A DNA stretch of 64,000 bases from Macrostomum hystrix. Taxonomy: Eukaryota > Animalia > Platyhelminthes. The stretch covers positions 28,830,001 to 28,894,000 of the forward strand of contig CATNEN010000038.1 in assembly GCA_950097015.1 (NCBI GenBank), given 5' to 3'. Made by a program: the position numbers and the translations under genes. The notes under the pieces were generated by a model. It ran no database searches, had not been told where the DNA came from, and worked only from the letters and a program-made list of their open reading frames with translations. Of this stretch, positions 1 to 13,655 are shown piece after piece (the stretch's first letter is position 1; every line of letters begins with the position of its first letter).

Positions 1-635
1 CAGATGTGCAGCCGACAGCACAGCCGCAGCTATTGCGCGGCGCATCTGAAGGCTGCGTACGGCTGTTCAGTCCATGGACTGGGGGACGCCACACCTACCT
101 TCAATTACCCCAGCTAATAAGGGGGTGATAGGCAGAGCGCTTTACATGTTCGCGTCTCGCACCAAGGTCCCTGAACTCGATTCCACGACGAGGCCACATT
201 TTTTGGGGCTCAGCCGCGGCGAGAAGGCTTGGGGGCTTGTCGTACAGTTTACACCCTTGAGGGCCCTCCATGGCACAGTGAGAGTGTACACAGCCTGACA
301 ATGAGAAAGTCAGGACATATGTACACATCTGTGTGAGCGTGTGCCTGCGTATGACATCCGTGGTTGTGCTCAGAAGTCAGCGAAACCGGCAGAATTGCCT
401 CGCTGCTCGTGGGTCTAGTGTCACCAATTGATATGCCGTTGCCCACTGCTCTCTTGCAATTATTAATTAATGAAAAAAAATTATGTCAGTGTTCTATATT
501 AATAAACTATTACCCCAGCTTAAGCTTCTTAAGCGTCTTGCTAAAGGACACAAATTATTCCAGTGGAGTCGGGAACCGAACCCCCGACCTTCCAGCCGTG
601 TGTCAGACGTTCTATCCACAAGGCTACAACCCTCT
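1..635 (-). mobile_element. SINE family 1 copy interrupted by a SINE family 2 copy
   Basis: Tail part 1-118 and head part ~520-635; attaccccagct duplicated at 104-115 and 509-520. Confidence 0.75.
121..470 (+). mobile_element. SINE family 2 copy
   Basis: Colinear with 19043-19378. Confidence 0.8.
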
Positions 636-781
636 TCGGTATTCTAAAGTAAGGGATATTTACTAAGGGAAATTTACTAAGGGATATAACGGGGTGAAAT
701 TCAGTGCGAAAATAACAGCTTTCAAATTAAATACACTACAAAGTGAATAGCGTACCAAACACCCAAGATAAAAACACGGAC

Positions 782-3700
782 CTTGACAAAGCCGTCGGTG
801 CCACCAGAGTAGAACCTGGACTCGCTCGGATCGTTGGCCAGGGCGGTGACTTCAGCTTCGCCGTGCGCTTTCGGTGTCAGGCGCAACCGTTGGCCAGTGT
901 CGATAAGCCAGAACGCCAGACTGCCACCCTGACAGGCCGTCAGGAGCTGGTTCAACTGCCAGCTGAAGATCACGGAGGTCACGGCGCGATCGTGTGATAG
1001 AACCCGATCCTTCACTTCCGCTTTCATTTCTATCAGGCTTAGCGAGTTGTTGAATGTTAGAAATAGTCGCCCGCGGTCCTCCTGCATGTACATTCGAGTC
1101 AGCACTGCGGGGCGAGGTTGGCGACTGTCTTCTGTATTTAGCTTCATTTTCACCTTTATTTTGATTTGTCTATTTGTCTACCTTTTTGTTTTCCATTCTA
1201 TCCTATGAAACAACTTCCGGTACTTAAAATACCCTCGTGGTCATTCTCGGGGGGGATAGCGTGGCCTTACAATTGATAATGTTTTCTCTACCTATCGATT
1301 AGTGACTTTCTAACTCTTCAACAATGTCATCTCTACCTGTTAGTCAACCAGTATTTTCCACGTGTCAGTCAACCAATCGTCACTACCGAAGCAATTGCTA
1401 TTCGGTATATACACTCGTATTTTAGATAGTTTATAGTCGTCAGTAAAATAATCCTAAAAATGCCATAGACTACAGTGGCCGATGCTGACTATACACTAGA
1501 TCATAATAAAATCTAGTTATAAAATGAACTTGGACCTCAAATTATATTTCCACGCACAGAAGAAACTCGCAAGACCTTAATAATACTAGCCATGAACACT
1601 ACAAATTATGCGGCACCTTATATAGTAGATAAGGACGAAAGTGAAAGATTTTACGAAAGAGTAAAAATAACAACTGTTTTTGTTATTATGCTGCTAATCG
1701 TTAACCTGCTTGAATTGGCCTACTTAGATGTGAGGTAAGTCGCAACGGCGGGAATAAAACTAATCTAGTTGTGGATAATAACGTTTAATTAGTTTTTTAA
1801 AATGCTGCATGTTTAATCTAACCCGTGTTTCTTGTGATCTAATACGAATTTCTTGGAATCTAAATAGAATTTCTCGGAATCTAACAAGCGATTCTTAATT
1901 GGAATCTTACCAGAGTTTCTCTGAATCTAACACGAATGTCTTGGAACCCCTAGCCAAAATTTCTCGGAATCTATCATAAAATACTCTAAATCAAACCAAA
2001 TTCTTAAAGTCTGTCTAAGCCGAATTTCTTGGAATCTAACCCGAATTTCTTAGAGTCTAAGCCGAATTTCTTGGAATCTAACCCGAATTTCTTGGAATCT
2101 AACCCGAATTTCTAGGAATCTAGCTCGAATTTCTAGGAATCTAGCTCGAATTTCTAGAAATCTAGCTCGAATTTCTAGGAACCTTGCTCGAATTTCTAGT
2201 CTTCTAGTTCGAATTTCTTGGAATCTAGCTCGAATTTCTAGGAATCTACCTCGAATTTCTAGGATTCTAGCTCGAATTTCTAGGAATCTAGCTCGAATTT
2301 CTAGGAACCTTGCTCGAATTTCTAGTCTTCTAGTTCGAATTTCTTGGAATCTAGCCTGAATTTCTAGGAATCTATCTCGAATTTCTAGGAATCTTGCTTG
2401 AATTTCTAAGAATCTACCTCGAATTTCTAGGAATCTAGCTCGAGTTTCTAGGAATCTAGCTCGAACTTCTAGGAACCTTGCTCGAATTTCTAGTCTTCTA
2501 GTTCGAATTTCTTGGAATCTAGCCTGAATTTCTAGGAATCTAGCTCGAATTTCTAGGAATCTAGCTCGAATTTCTTAGAATCTAGCTCGAATTTCTAGGA
2601 ATCTAGCTCGAATTTCTAGGAATCTAGCTCGAATTTCTAGGAACCTTGCTCGAATTTCTAGTCTTCTAGTTCGAATTTCTTGGAATCTAGCCTGAATTTC
2701 TAGGAATCTATCTCGAATTTCTAGGAATCTTGCTTGAATTTCTAGGAATCTACCTCGAATTTCTAGGAATCTAGCTCGAGTTTCTAGGAATCTAGCTCGA
2801 ACTTCTAGGAACCTTGCTCGAATTTCTAGTCTTCTAGTTCGAATTTCTTGGAATCTAGCCTGAATTTCTAGGAATCTATCTCGAATTTCTAGGAATCTTG
2901 CTTGAATGTCTAGGAATCTACCTCGAATTTCTAGGAATCTAGCTCGAGTTTCAAGGAATCTAGCTCGAACTTCTAGGAACCTTGCTCGAATTTCTAGTCT
3001 TCTAGTTCGAATTTCTTGGAATCTAGCCTGAATTTCTAGGAATCTAGCTCGAATTTCTAGGAATCTAGCTCGAATTTCTAGGAATCTAGCTCGAATTTCT
3101 AGTCTTCTAGTTCGAATTTCTTGGAATCTAGCCTGAATTTCTAGGAATCTATCTCGAATTTCTAGGAATCTAGCTCGAGTTTCTAGGAATCTAGCTCGAA
3201 CTTCTAGGAACCTTGCTCGAATTTCTAATCTTCTAGTTCGAATTTCTTGGAATCTAGCCTGAATTTCTAGGAATCTAGCTCGAATTTCTAGGAATCTAGC
3301 TCGAATTTCTAGGAATCTAGCTCGAATTTCTAGTCTTCTAGTTCGAATTTCTTGGAATCTAGCCTGAATTTCTAGGATTCTATCTCGAATTTCTAGGAAT
3401 CTAGCTCGAATTTCTAGTCTTCTAGTTCGAATTTCTTGGAATCTTGCTCGATTTTATTGGTATCTCACCCGAGTTTTTTAAAATCATACCTAATTAAGTT
3501 TTCTCGAATCGTTATTAAACTTTTTTGAGCATTACACTTTTTCTAAGATTTTTCGAAAAAGCAAAAAACTTTCGGATTTTTTATCGCAATGCAATACAAT
3601 TGAAACTTTCTACAATTTCCAAGAATTACGAGTAAACCACTTTTTATTGAAACCCTGCTCAAATTAATCATGGAATCATTGCTAAATTTCTGTCTCTTCA

Positions 3701-6700
3701 AAAACAAACTGTGTACAATTAAATTACCTAAGTACCCGAGCTAACTTAGCAAACTACAAAGTTTAATTTTTTTTCGAATTTAGCACGAAGCTCATTCGCT
3801 ATCGGTTGATGCCATACTGCCTGTACATGTCAGTTGCCATACACAGCTTTTTACGCCTCGACTTTAAGCACGTGGGCATTCTGATGCGAACTCCGAACAG
3901 AATACGGCTAGCTCGCAAACTGGCCTTGTCAAAGCAGCAGGCTAAACAGCTCAACAGAATCATCGCTTGGTCCAGACAGCGACTGCAATTAAGCAGGCCA
4001 ACTTAAGGAAGTGAAGCTAATAACATGCTTATCTTCAATATGCAGCAAACTACTGATCACAAGTAGTATGTTTAGGAACTTATTAACTGTTTTTTGCTAA
4101 TTTTGTTATGAAATTAGCAAACGAAGCCTGCTAATGCCTGTTAATTAAATTCGTATCTACAAACGCATCAATTCTGCCAAAGTGCATAGAGGTCAGGAGT
4201 TCGATTTCCAGTCAAGAAAATACAGTTTTCTCCGTGTCCTAGTGTGAAAAATTTTAATTCGCGATTGCTTCAGTTAAATAGATACCAACATGACAATATT
4301 TTAATTTTAAAAAAAATCTTAAAAAGTTTCTTAGAATATATTACCACTTTATTATCAACACCAGTTTTTTTAAAACAACACATTCTTACACATTTCTTAA
4401 AATCTAATGACTATTTCTTAGAAACTAATGACGATTTCTTAGAACCTAATGTCAACTTCTAAGAATCTAATGATAATTTCTTAGAAACCAATGTCGACTT
4501 CTTAGAATCTACTGACAATGTCCGAGAATCTTAGGATAATTTCTTAGAATAAAAAGTCAAATTCTTTTTCGAATTCAAAGACTTTTTCATAGAATCTTAC
4601 TAACGTTTCTTAGAATCAAATAACAATTTGTAGAATTTGCAGAAAATGCTCTGTTCTATTCACTCCGCACAAAGAACATTGAACTATTTTAATTAACTAC
4701 CAGTCTCTCACCTTCAGGCCCTTTCGGAAATATCCCTGCCAAACGCTGCAGGCAAACCTGGAGTTGAACGTCCCAGATTCTGAGGACCTTGTCCTTAGAG
4801 AATGAGTAGACTTGAGATCTAGTGCGATTAAATAGCACCTGGATTACAGGGGCCACGTGACCTGTCAGGACCTGAGATTAATTGAGAGAAATTATGCTTA
4901 TCCCGGAAATGGATATATTTAAGTTAGTTTTTTAATTAGCGGTAACTTACTCCGTTAGGCTTGGACATTACGTAGGGATTCCACAGGCAGACATGGTTGT
5001 TAGCCCCGGCTGTGGCTGCGAATTCGGCAATGAGAATCAGGAGTAGATTGAGAGATTCAGAGAGAAGTAGACAGCGAGATTGAGAGAGGTAGACAGGGAG
5101 ATTCAGAGAGAAGTAGACAGGGAGATTCAGAGAGAAGTAGACAGCGAGATTCAGAGAGAAGTAGACAGCGAGATTCAGAGAGAAGTAGACAGGGAGATTC
5201 AGAGAGAAATAGACAGGGAGATTCAGAGAGAAGTAGACAGGGAGAAGGATAGAGAAGTAGACAGGGAGATTCAGAGAGAAATAGACAGGGAGATTCAGAG
5301 AGAAGTAGACAGCGAGATTCAGATAGAAGTAGACAGGGAGATTCAGAGAGAAATAGACAGGGAGATTCAGAGAGAAGTAGACAGGGAGATTTAGAGAGAA
5401 GTAGACAGCGAGATTCAGAGAGAAGTAGACAGTGAGATTCAGAGAGAAGTAGACAGGGAGATTCAGAGAGAAGTAGACACCGAGATTCAGAGAGAAGTAG
5501 ACAGGGAGATTCAGAGAGAAGTAGACAGGGAGATTCAGAGAGAAGTAGACAGGGAGAATGATAGAGAAGTAGACAGGGAGATTCAGAGAGAAGTAGACAG
5601 GGAGAAGGATAGAGAAGTAGACAGGGAGATTCAGAGAGAAGTAGACAGCGAGATTCAGAGAGAAATAGACAGGGAGATTCAGAGAGAAGTAGACAGGGAG
5701 AATGATAGAGAAGTAGACAGGGAGATTCAGAGAGAAGTAGACAGGGAGAAGGATAGAGAAGTAGACAGGAAGATTAGGAGAGAAGTAGACAGGGAGAAGG
5801 ATAGAGAAGTAGACAGGAAGATTAGGAGAGAAGTAGATAGGGTGATGCAGAAGGAGAATAATTTAATCTGATTCGTGACTCAAACTCCTCACCTATGAGG
5901 TTTAGACTCTCGTGATAGTCAAACGCGTTGATGCCCTGATGCACTTGGAATGCGGATCTGGGTTTAACAAAAACAAATGTGGTTGGTTTCTAAAGTTTTC
6001 ATCATATTGTGACTATGCTGAGCTGTATTTTTGAATGGACTACGAAAGCGAATCTTCATGAAAGAAACTCGGAAGCAGTAATTTTTTATTACACCTGAAC
6101 CACTAGTGTCAGATGTGCAGCTGACAGAATCTGAAGGCTGTGTACGGCTGTTCAGTCCGCGGACCTGCGACAGATGCCACATCCACTCATTTAACAGCTG
6201 GGTGAACTGAAGCGATACATAGTTTAGCGCTAAATGACACAAATTGTTTCGACAGAGTCGGGAATCGAACCTCCGACCTTCAAGTCGTGAGTCTGGAACT
6301 CTAACCACTAGCCTGATGCTCCTTATCGCACCTGATGGACTGCTGAAGTGATCGGAAGGGAAGTGACCTGAAGCGGACCTAAAGGACTTTACAAGCTGAC
6401 CTGAAGGACTTTACAAGCTGACCTGAAGGACTTTACAAGCTTACCTGAAGGACTTTATAAGCTAGCCTGAAGGACTTTAGAAGCTGACCTGAAGGACTTA
6501 AGAAGCTGGCCTGAAGGACTTTAGAAGCTGACCTGAAGGACTTTAGAAACTGACCTGAAGGACTTTAGAAACTGACCTGAAGGACTTTAGAAGCTGACCT
6601 GAAGGACTTTAGAAGCTAGCCTGATGGACTTTAGAAGCTAGCCTGAAGGACTTTAGAAGCTGACCTGAAGGACTTTAGAAGCTAGCCTGATGGACTTTAG

Positions 6701-9700
6701 AAGCTAGCCTGAAGGACTTTAGAAGCTGGCCTGAAGGACTTTAGAAGCTAGCCTGAAGGACTTTAGAAGCTGGCCTGAAGGACTTTAGAAGCTAGCCTGA
6801 AGGACTTTAGAAGCTGGCCTGAAGCGAACCTGAAGATTCAGACCTGAAGAAATATGGCAGTGGATCTAATTTAGTTTGGGCTAAATCGATTTGGATGCAA
6901 AATTTCAAGCATTTTCATGTTAAGCATTTAAAAAACTAACCACTGCAAGTCATGTTAGTATTCGTAAAAAGCACTTTCGCAGTATGTTAAAAATCTACTC
7001 TTCACAGAGACCAATTATGCACTGTCAGTAGCGAAAATCGTCAAAGAAAGCTTGCATTTCCTGGCTTACATTCTTTGCACGTGTCGATTATCCGAATCGT
7101 CCAGCCTTAATTTTTAATTATTCGGATCTGAATTTAATTAGTAATTTTATCCCCAAGCGAAATTTTCATTTGAAAACAAAACGCCGACTTTAAAACAAAG
7201 TTAACGTACCTCTTAACGTTAACGACCTGCGATGAGACAGTTGTCCGTTTCTCAATCCAGCCAATCACTAAGGAATTGTCCCAGGTGGTGGCACAGCTGA
7301 TAAAACACTCCAGGCTGCTCACGTACTTTACTGAAAGGTCGTTGATAGACTTTGCGATTGATTAAGGTGCTTTGTTTAATAATAATTATTATTATTGATT
7401 ACACCTGCCCCAATTGGGTCAGATGTGCAGCCGACAGCACAGCCGCAGCTATTGCGCGGCGCATCTGAAGGCTGCGTACGGCTGTTCAGTCTATGGACTG
7501 GAGGGACGCTACACTCACCTTCAGTTATCCCAGCTAATGCTGGTACCCATTTAACAGCTGGGTGAACTGAAGCAATGCAGAGCTAAGTGTCTTGCTAAAG
7601 GACACAAATTGTTCCAGTGGAGTCGGGAATCGAACCCCCGACCTTCAAGTCGTGAGTCCGATGCCGTAACCACTAGGCTACAACCTCACACTAGGCTACA
7701 CCAAATTGAGGATTTGTTTAAATATCGCTTTAATCTACCTACAGTAGAATTTCAAAGTTACTTCAAAAGTTACTGAGCGGTCCGCGCCAAGGTCCCTTAG
7801 CTCGATTCTTTGGCGGGGCCACATTCAACTTGAAATTTACGCTTTGAGAGCAGATGTGCACAGCCTGAGTGAGCATGTACCTACGCAGTATCTGTGTGTG
7901 CGTGTTTTCTCATGAGTCAGCGAATTGGGCAGAATTGCCTCCTCGCTGGCTGCGGGTCCAGTGTTACTAAATCATGTGCCATTTACGTCTTGGTTAAGAG
8001 TCCCAGTTCGCCTCATTCCACCATGGTTTAAAAGAGTGTCTATGTTTATATTCAAAGCAATTTCGTGCTTCGTAAAATAGCACAACTCACCCTGCCTGGC
8101 CCAATCAGAGTGCGCCTCGTGGCTGATAAACTTGTTCGAGTTTTTAAACTTGCCTCGCTTGATGTCATTCAGCTTCACGAACAGAGTGGTCTCTGGTGGG
8201 TGTGCCGGGGATTTATTATTAGGATCTGTCAGATTGAGGATCTGTCAGATTGAGGATCTGTCAGATTGAGGATCTGTCAGATTGAGGATCTGTCAGATTG
8301 AGGATCTGTCAGATTGAGGATCTGTCAGATTGAGGATCTGTCAGATTGAGGATCTGTCAGATTGAGGATCTGTCAGATTGAGGATCTGTCAGATTGAGGA
8401 TCTGTCAGATTGAGGATCTGTCAGATTGAGGATCTGTCAGATTGAGGATCTGTCAGATTGAGGATCTGTCAGATTGAGGATCTGTCAGATTGAGGATCTG
8501 TCAGATTGAGGATCTGTCAGATTGAGGATCTGTCAGATTGAGGATCTGTCAGATTGAGGATCTGTCAGGTTGAGGAAGTGACCAGGTCGTCAGGTCCTAA
8601 GCTCGCTCACCTTGCTTGTCCTCAGCTGGTCCAGACTGTCTCTCAAACAAATTTATCGCGGCTGACAAGAAGAACAAAGCGTTGATGCGGCCCTTGATGT
8701 CGCCCCAGCAGAGCACAGACTCGTTGGCATTGTCGGGATTGTACCTGAAACAATCAAGGTGTGTCAAGGCGTGTAGCTTAATGAAATTTAATATATTTAA
8801 TTTGAATGTCACTACTAACCAGTAGTCTAGGCAGATTGGCGAAGCGTCCAAATCTTGAACTCGATATTGGCACGAGAAGTCACTCTTCGAGCTGATGTCG
8901 TAAAATGCTGTAATGTTTGTTTGTTATTTTGAAATTTATCCGGGCGAAATTTAGAATTATTTTATTATGTTTTTTTGCATTAGAGGATTACCAATATTTT
9001 TTCTATAATTAGCACACACACTAGAAATTCCCGTCTCGTGACACCCTCGCAGCCAATCAGATTTCAAGGCCACGTGGCATTGAAGCACGCATATGGCGCA
9101 TGCTTATTGATTTGTAAATTTAACAGTAGCCACTCACCGATCTCCTTGCTAGTGAAGCCGACAGCCACTTTGCTAACATTCTGTAGTAGCACGAAGTCAG
9201 TTACCCACAGGTCGCGTTGTTTGCACGCGTCGCTGCTAGCACGAAACGTGCGAGCAACCTCTAGATCAGTGTTCATGAGACAGATGGTGCCCTCCTTGGT
9301 AAGTTATAGTAGCGATTTTAAAAACTATATAATACTATATAAATATATTATATTAAGCATCAGACCACAATTGATTTACCCTGGAAACGCTGACATATTT
9401 GTGTGAGCCGCGCAGAAAGTCGACCCGTTGAATGATGTCCTTGTGCGGCGCTGGAATCATGCGAAGATCGCGCCACTGCGGCAGCTGGGTGCTTTTCACC
9501 TTATCGTCCCGTTCGTAGAACTGCAGCAGCATGTGCTGTGCGAGCTGGTCCCAGGAGACGCTGCCCTCCTTCGATATGTCGATCTTGTCGAATAACTCTT
9601 CGTACTTTAGAGACAGGAGTTTGGTGCCAGTTTTTTAGTTAAAAAATTGTCTACAAGAACTTTCTAAAAATGATCACGTGACCATTTTGTTATAATTTTA

Positions 9701-11308
9701 TTAATAAGAGGGATTGTGGCCTAGTGGTTAGAGCGTCGGACGCACGACCTAAAAGGTCGGGGGTTCGAATCCCGATTCAACCATAACAATTTGTGTCATT
9801 AAGCAAGGCGGAAGGTAAATGGATGATCAGCATGAGCTAGAGTAATTGAGGGAAGTGTGCTCCGTCCCCCAGTCCATGGACTGAACAGTCGCATGCAGCT
9901 TTCAGATGCACCACGCAATAGCTGCGGCTGTGCTGCAAGCCATTTTAAAGTCATAATTTAAATATTTTATTGAAAAGGCACATTCACAAACTCAATAGCG
10001 GTCAAATTAAGCTTATTTTTGAATGAGTTACAAGATCAATTTTATTTAAATCACTTTGGGCCTATAAACAGTTTAAGCGAAATTTATAGCAAAGTTTTAG
10101 AGTAACTACTCAGAAAACACACTCACCTCTTCATCAGTGCCTTTGTTGAGAATGATAGACAAAGCCTGTACAAACTGATCCTTATTTAGACACAGACGCT
10201 CATAGCTGTCACCTTTAAACTGAAATTTAAATAAACCATAAGTTTAAAAAAGTTATTTTGTTTTTATAGACAATTTAACTTACATTAAAAGCTTCCTGCA
10301 GTGCCTCAAGGTCCTTAGTAGTCAGTCTGGATTCTAATTTGCCATCAGGTAGGGCAGGCTTCCTATTTAATAAGTGTAATTTTTTATCACTTAAACTAGT
10401 TTTAAAACATGTTTTTATCCAGATCTACAATTTGCAATATGCAGTATCATTTATAAGAATTCATGCTTCAAAGCAATTTAACATTAAATGCTTCATGCAT
10501 TTTTTCATACATAATTCAAAAAATATAAGTCATATTTTTTCTTTCACACAGTATGTTACAAACAAAAGAATATTTTTCCACTAAATAGTCTCGAATCCTA
10601 ACAAACCTAACTTGTATTTAAATTTATGCATTTTATATGGTAATTTTTAAAGATGTATAACCCCTTTCTTTAAGTTCATATTGAATAAGGTTCATAAAAA
10701 GAAGGAAATAAATCAGAAAAACTGAATAATAAACAACTGATTGTCAGCCCAGCAGTCGATGGCATCTAAAATTGTTAAACGTTCAGTTATGGTTCCTTTT
10801 TACAAAGTAATAAAGCTTTTCTCTGATATTTTTATGTATATAGCTTCTCACACTAAATCATATAATGTTTGTATACTCACTGTACTTTGCATTCAAACAG
10901 ACAATGATTGATACAGTGCCAAAACTGTCCCAATTAAATAAATCATTCAAAATTGTATTTATCTTAATGCTCAAATGAATCATTAAAATGAATTATTAAA
11001 ATCCTCATTAAAAGTGGCAGACATGGTTCTCGAATTATTTTAATAAATGTTTAATTATATAAAAGTTTTGAATAATTTCACTAAAAAACACGACACTAAC
11101 ATTAGTATTAAAGTAAATATCTTGAATGATACTCAACAACCAAGCAAAAACCTAGTCCTAGGGCTAGCCCTAGAGATTAGAGATAGTGATATACTTACTT
11201 CAACTCCTTTCTCTTTAATTGATCAGCAGTTTCAAAAGCTACAGGGCCTATGTCCTGTGGATATGATTGCGCTTCTTCGGTTGATGCGTCTTCAGTTACA
11301 GTTGCCAT
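782..11308 (-). CDS. EF-hand + WD40-repeat protein, WDR49/WDR95/WDY-like (3'-partial, continues past left edge)
   Basis: Phase-consistent GT-AG exons: 11308-11199 (ccaccATGG start), 10362-10284, 10219-10127, 9604-9380 (EF-hand-like [19 protein letters not shown]), 9294-9138, 8907-8820, 8744-8611, 8192-8091, 7330-7210, probable 36-nt exon 7105-7070, 5957-5893, 5015-4951, 4871-4712 (LTGHVAPV...DKVLRIWD), 1104-782 (SHDRAVT...GGTDGFVK). GH...WD motifs are recognisable. Confidence 0.85.
1592..4006 (+). CDS. Putative 121-aa single-pass membrane protein nested antisense in a WDR49-like intron
   Basis: Exon 1592-1734 ([10 protein letters not shown]...[22 protein letters not shown], donor GTAAGT) joins in phase 2 to acceptor tttcgaatttag at 3783, in frame with ORF 3806-4006. 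ATTAAA at ~4144. Confidence 0.5.
1845..3470. repeat. 21-bp minisatellite (gaatttctaggaatctagctc) with higher-order structure
   Basis: Direct reading; variant aacct recurs every 168 bp from 2306 to 2978. Confidence 0.95.
4400..4625. repeat. Degenerate atttcttagaatctaatg-type tandem repeat
   Basis: Related to the 21-bp array upstream. Confidence 0.6.
5045..5842. repeat. 24-bp minisatellite (gagattcagagagaagtagacagg) filling an intron
   Basis: Direct reading; intron 5016-5892. Confidence 0.95.
6085..6320 (-). mobile_element. SINE family 1 copy, internally deleted
   Basis: Shared head, core and tail motifs. Confidence 0.75.
6365..6850. repeat. 22-bp minisatellite (acctgaaggactttagaagctg)
   Basis: Direct reading. 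Confidence 0.95.
7380..7690 (-). mobile_element. SINE family 1 copy
   Basis: Reverse complement of the 44528-44838 element. Confidence 0.85.
7775..7985 (+). mobile_element. SINE family 2 copy, deleted
   Basis: aaggtccc...ctcgatt...gcctcctcgctggctgcgggtc. Confidence 0.7.
8221..8576. repeat. Near-perfect 16-bp minisatellite (aggatctgtcagattg) filling an intron
   Basis: Direct reading; intron 8193-8610. Confidence 0.97.
9706..9945 (+). mobile_element. SINE family 1 copy
   Basis: tggcctagtgg...gggttcgaatccc...cagtccatggactg. Confidence 0.8.
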
Positions 11309-13396
11309 GGTGGTAGATTACTCCCATTACACAGTTAAAATGTTATGCATCACACGAGCATGTAGCACACAACAGCAAGTCGAGTTAAAAAACTGCCGAA
11401 ATTATGTTAAAATACGGTTGCATGGTAGTTATAGCACATGATTATTTCTTAATATTGCTCGTGTTAAAATCAAATATACCATTTTAAAAATATTTGTTGC
11501 AGATTTTAAATTATAAAACGACAGTTAGCCAATTTTTTACTAATTTTATTTGGTTATAATGGTACACGAAAACAAATTATCACTTTTCAAACTAAATAAT
11601 TATTACCACCGTTTTGAAATAACAAAGGTTTCACCACGTCGGAAAAAGACACTTACTTTATTCAATTATTTGATTTTGGGCAATTTTATTAAATTCAAAA
11701 TAGCGAAGTTGAAAATGAATTTATATTTAATGATCAGCTGAATAAAACAATTATGAATCACAGATAGAACTAATTAAACTAAATTACTGAAATTACGAAA
11801 CTGGACCTGGCCCTCTTTTATACGCTAAGTCAAACTTATAAAACATCTTAAAATCCAACATTGTCCGATTATTCGGCGACACGATATGCCCCTCATAATA
11901 ACCTGTCACAAGATCTGTTTAAAAATGATTTTCCAGCAATTTCTAACTTTATAACGATAACTGCATGACTTTGTCTTTGTTCCAGCCAAACAACTAAGTA
12001 ATGAATTTTCGAAAAATGCTAAAAACTAAATAAAAAAAATGCCAGCCGACAAAGACACCAAATTTTCATGCGTATTCATGGTATATATGTAACTTTTGCA
12101 ACAGCTATCGACATTAATCGGAAGCACGTCAGCTGGTTTGGGTGTGTGAAAAAATTATGCGAAATTCGAATGAATTTCCCGCCGCCTCTAACTAATTCGC
12201 AAATTGGCTTCGCATCATTGCGGCAATAAATAAATCGTCCAGCAAACAGTGCGCGAAACTTTTTTCGCTGCTTTCATCAGCCATCGGCAATTCATTAAAA
12301 TTTCTGCCGCACACAGTCTAAGCAAAGGCCTTATTTCCTCGCGAAAATAGCTTTATAGGGTTCGCGCGCTGCCGGGTTTATAACTAGCAGAGTCGGCAAT
12401 GGTCGCTAGTTGTGAGAGTGTCTAAAGTGAGGAATTGCTGATGCGGAGTGGGGTTGTTTTGTGGCAGCCACTGAGAGCAGGGGAGGAGGGCCGACGCTCG
12501 GCGGGAGAGAGTTAGTATAGGGACGGCATCTAGCAGGGATAGCAATAGGAAGCGATTAAGCATTCCGGGCCATGTCTTCTTCCTCCTCCTACCCAAATTT
12601 TTTTCTCCATTGCGCAGCGCGAAGCCCTGCCTAAGCAGCAAACTCCAAGCAGCCGGCAGTCACGTTTCTCTTTTTTTATCTTACTCTCTCGCCCTCTTCT
12701 TGCTTTAGTCTCTGGCTTCCTCGCCGTGCCTTCAGTTCGAGGGACCAACTGTTCTTTCGCAAGTGTCCCAGGGTTTGGGATGGTGCCCATAAGTGCCAGC
12801 GATGGTTATACAGTTATAAGTCTGTAATCCTACTGCCCTAGTCGGGGTGCATTACCATGCACAACTCGCGCGCACACACTTGATCAGACCAACGAGAGAA
12901 GCGGAAAGGGTCACCGAAACGTCGGCCAGAGAGACGCACAAAGATGGAGAGGGAGCTATTGCGGTAGAAGAAACATTTTCTAGGACAGCAGGATCTCCAT
13001 CTAGTGAAGCCATGCATATGCTCTTTCTATGTAGCACAGAGGGTGCCTGTCCTATACGCGCTGCATGATCCATAATTTGGCGACCATTGCGTCGAACTTA
13101 TCCCGACCAGATGCTCTGCCCTGTAAGGCCACATCCGCTCAGTTGAATCGGTATTGCCTCAATCTGTCACTGTCTCCAATGAAACTACAAGTAATACAGC
13201 AGTTAAATCTTTTGCCGTGTAGAAAATCAACGAAAAGAAATAGCTGATAAAAACGTGCATTAAACATGCTATACTAGGAGTAAAAACTTTCTTATTACGC
13301 AACGAATAACTTTAGTCAATAATATTTTTATGGCGTAATTTTTGTAGCTCAACAATACAAATCAACCCAAATTATTATCTTAATAATCTATTAAAA

Positions 13397-13655
13397 AGAG
13401 TGCCGGACTCACGACTTCAAGGTCAGAGGTTCGATTCCCTACTTTACGTAACAATTTGTACACTAGGCAAGACACTTTACAATGGGCTGCGTTTGCTCAT
13501 CCAGCTGATAAATGGGTGCCAGCATTTTCTGGGGTAATTATAGTTGGGTGTGGCGTCTTCACAACTCCAATTGAAAGACCTAAAGCGGGGCGCGCAATAG
13601 CTGGGACTGTACTGTCAGCTGCACATCTGGGCCTGTTAGGGCTGGTGCAATCAAC
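13397..13655 (+). mobile_element. SINE family 1 copy, diverged
   Basis: ggactcacgacttcaaggtc...ggttcgattccc...gctgcacatctgg. Confidence 0.7.

Noticed and set aside
74-666. ORFs within SINE copies (also 19122-19443, 20413-20927, 54627-55034)
   Set aside because: Recurrent peptides (e.g. RIASSLAAG) come from non-coding SINE sequence, and frames are not preserved between copies.
5080-5394. (REVDREIQ)n coiled-coil-like ORF
   Set aside because: Antisense reading of an intronic 24-bp repeat; no ATG start or supporting splice context.
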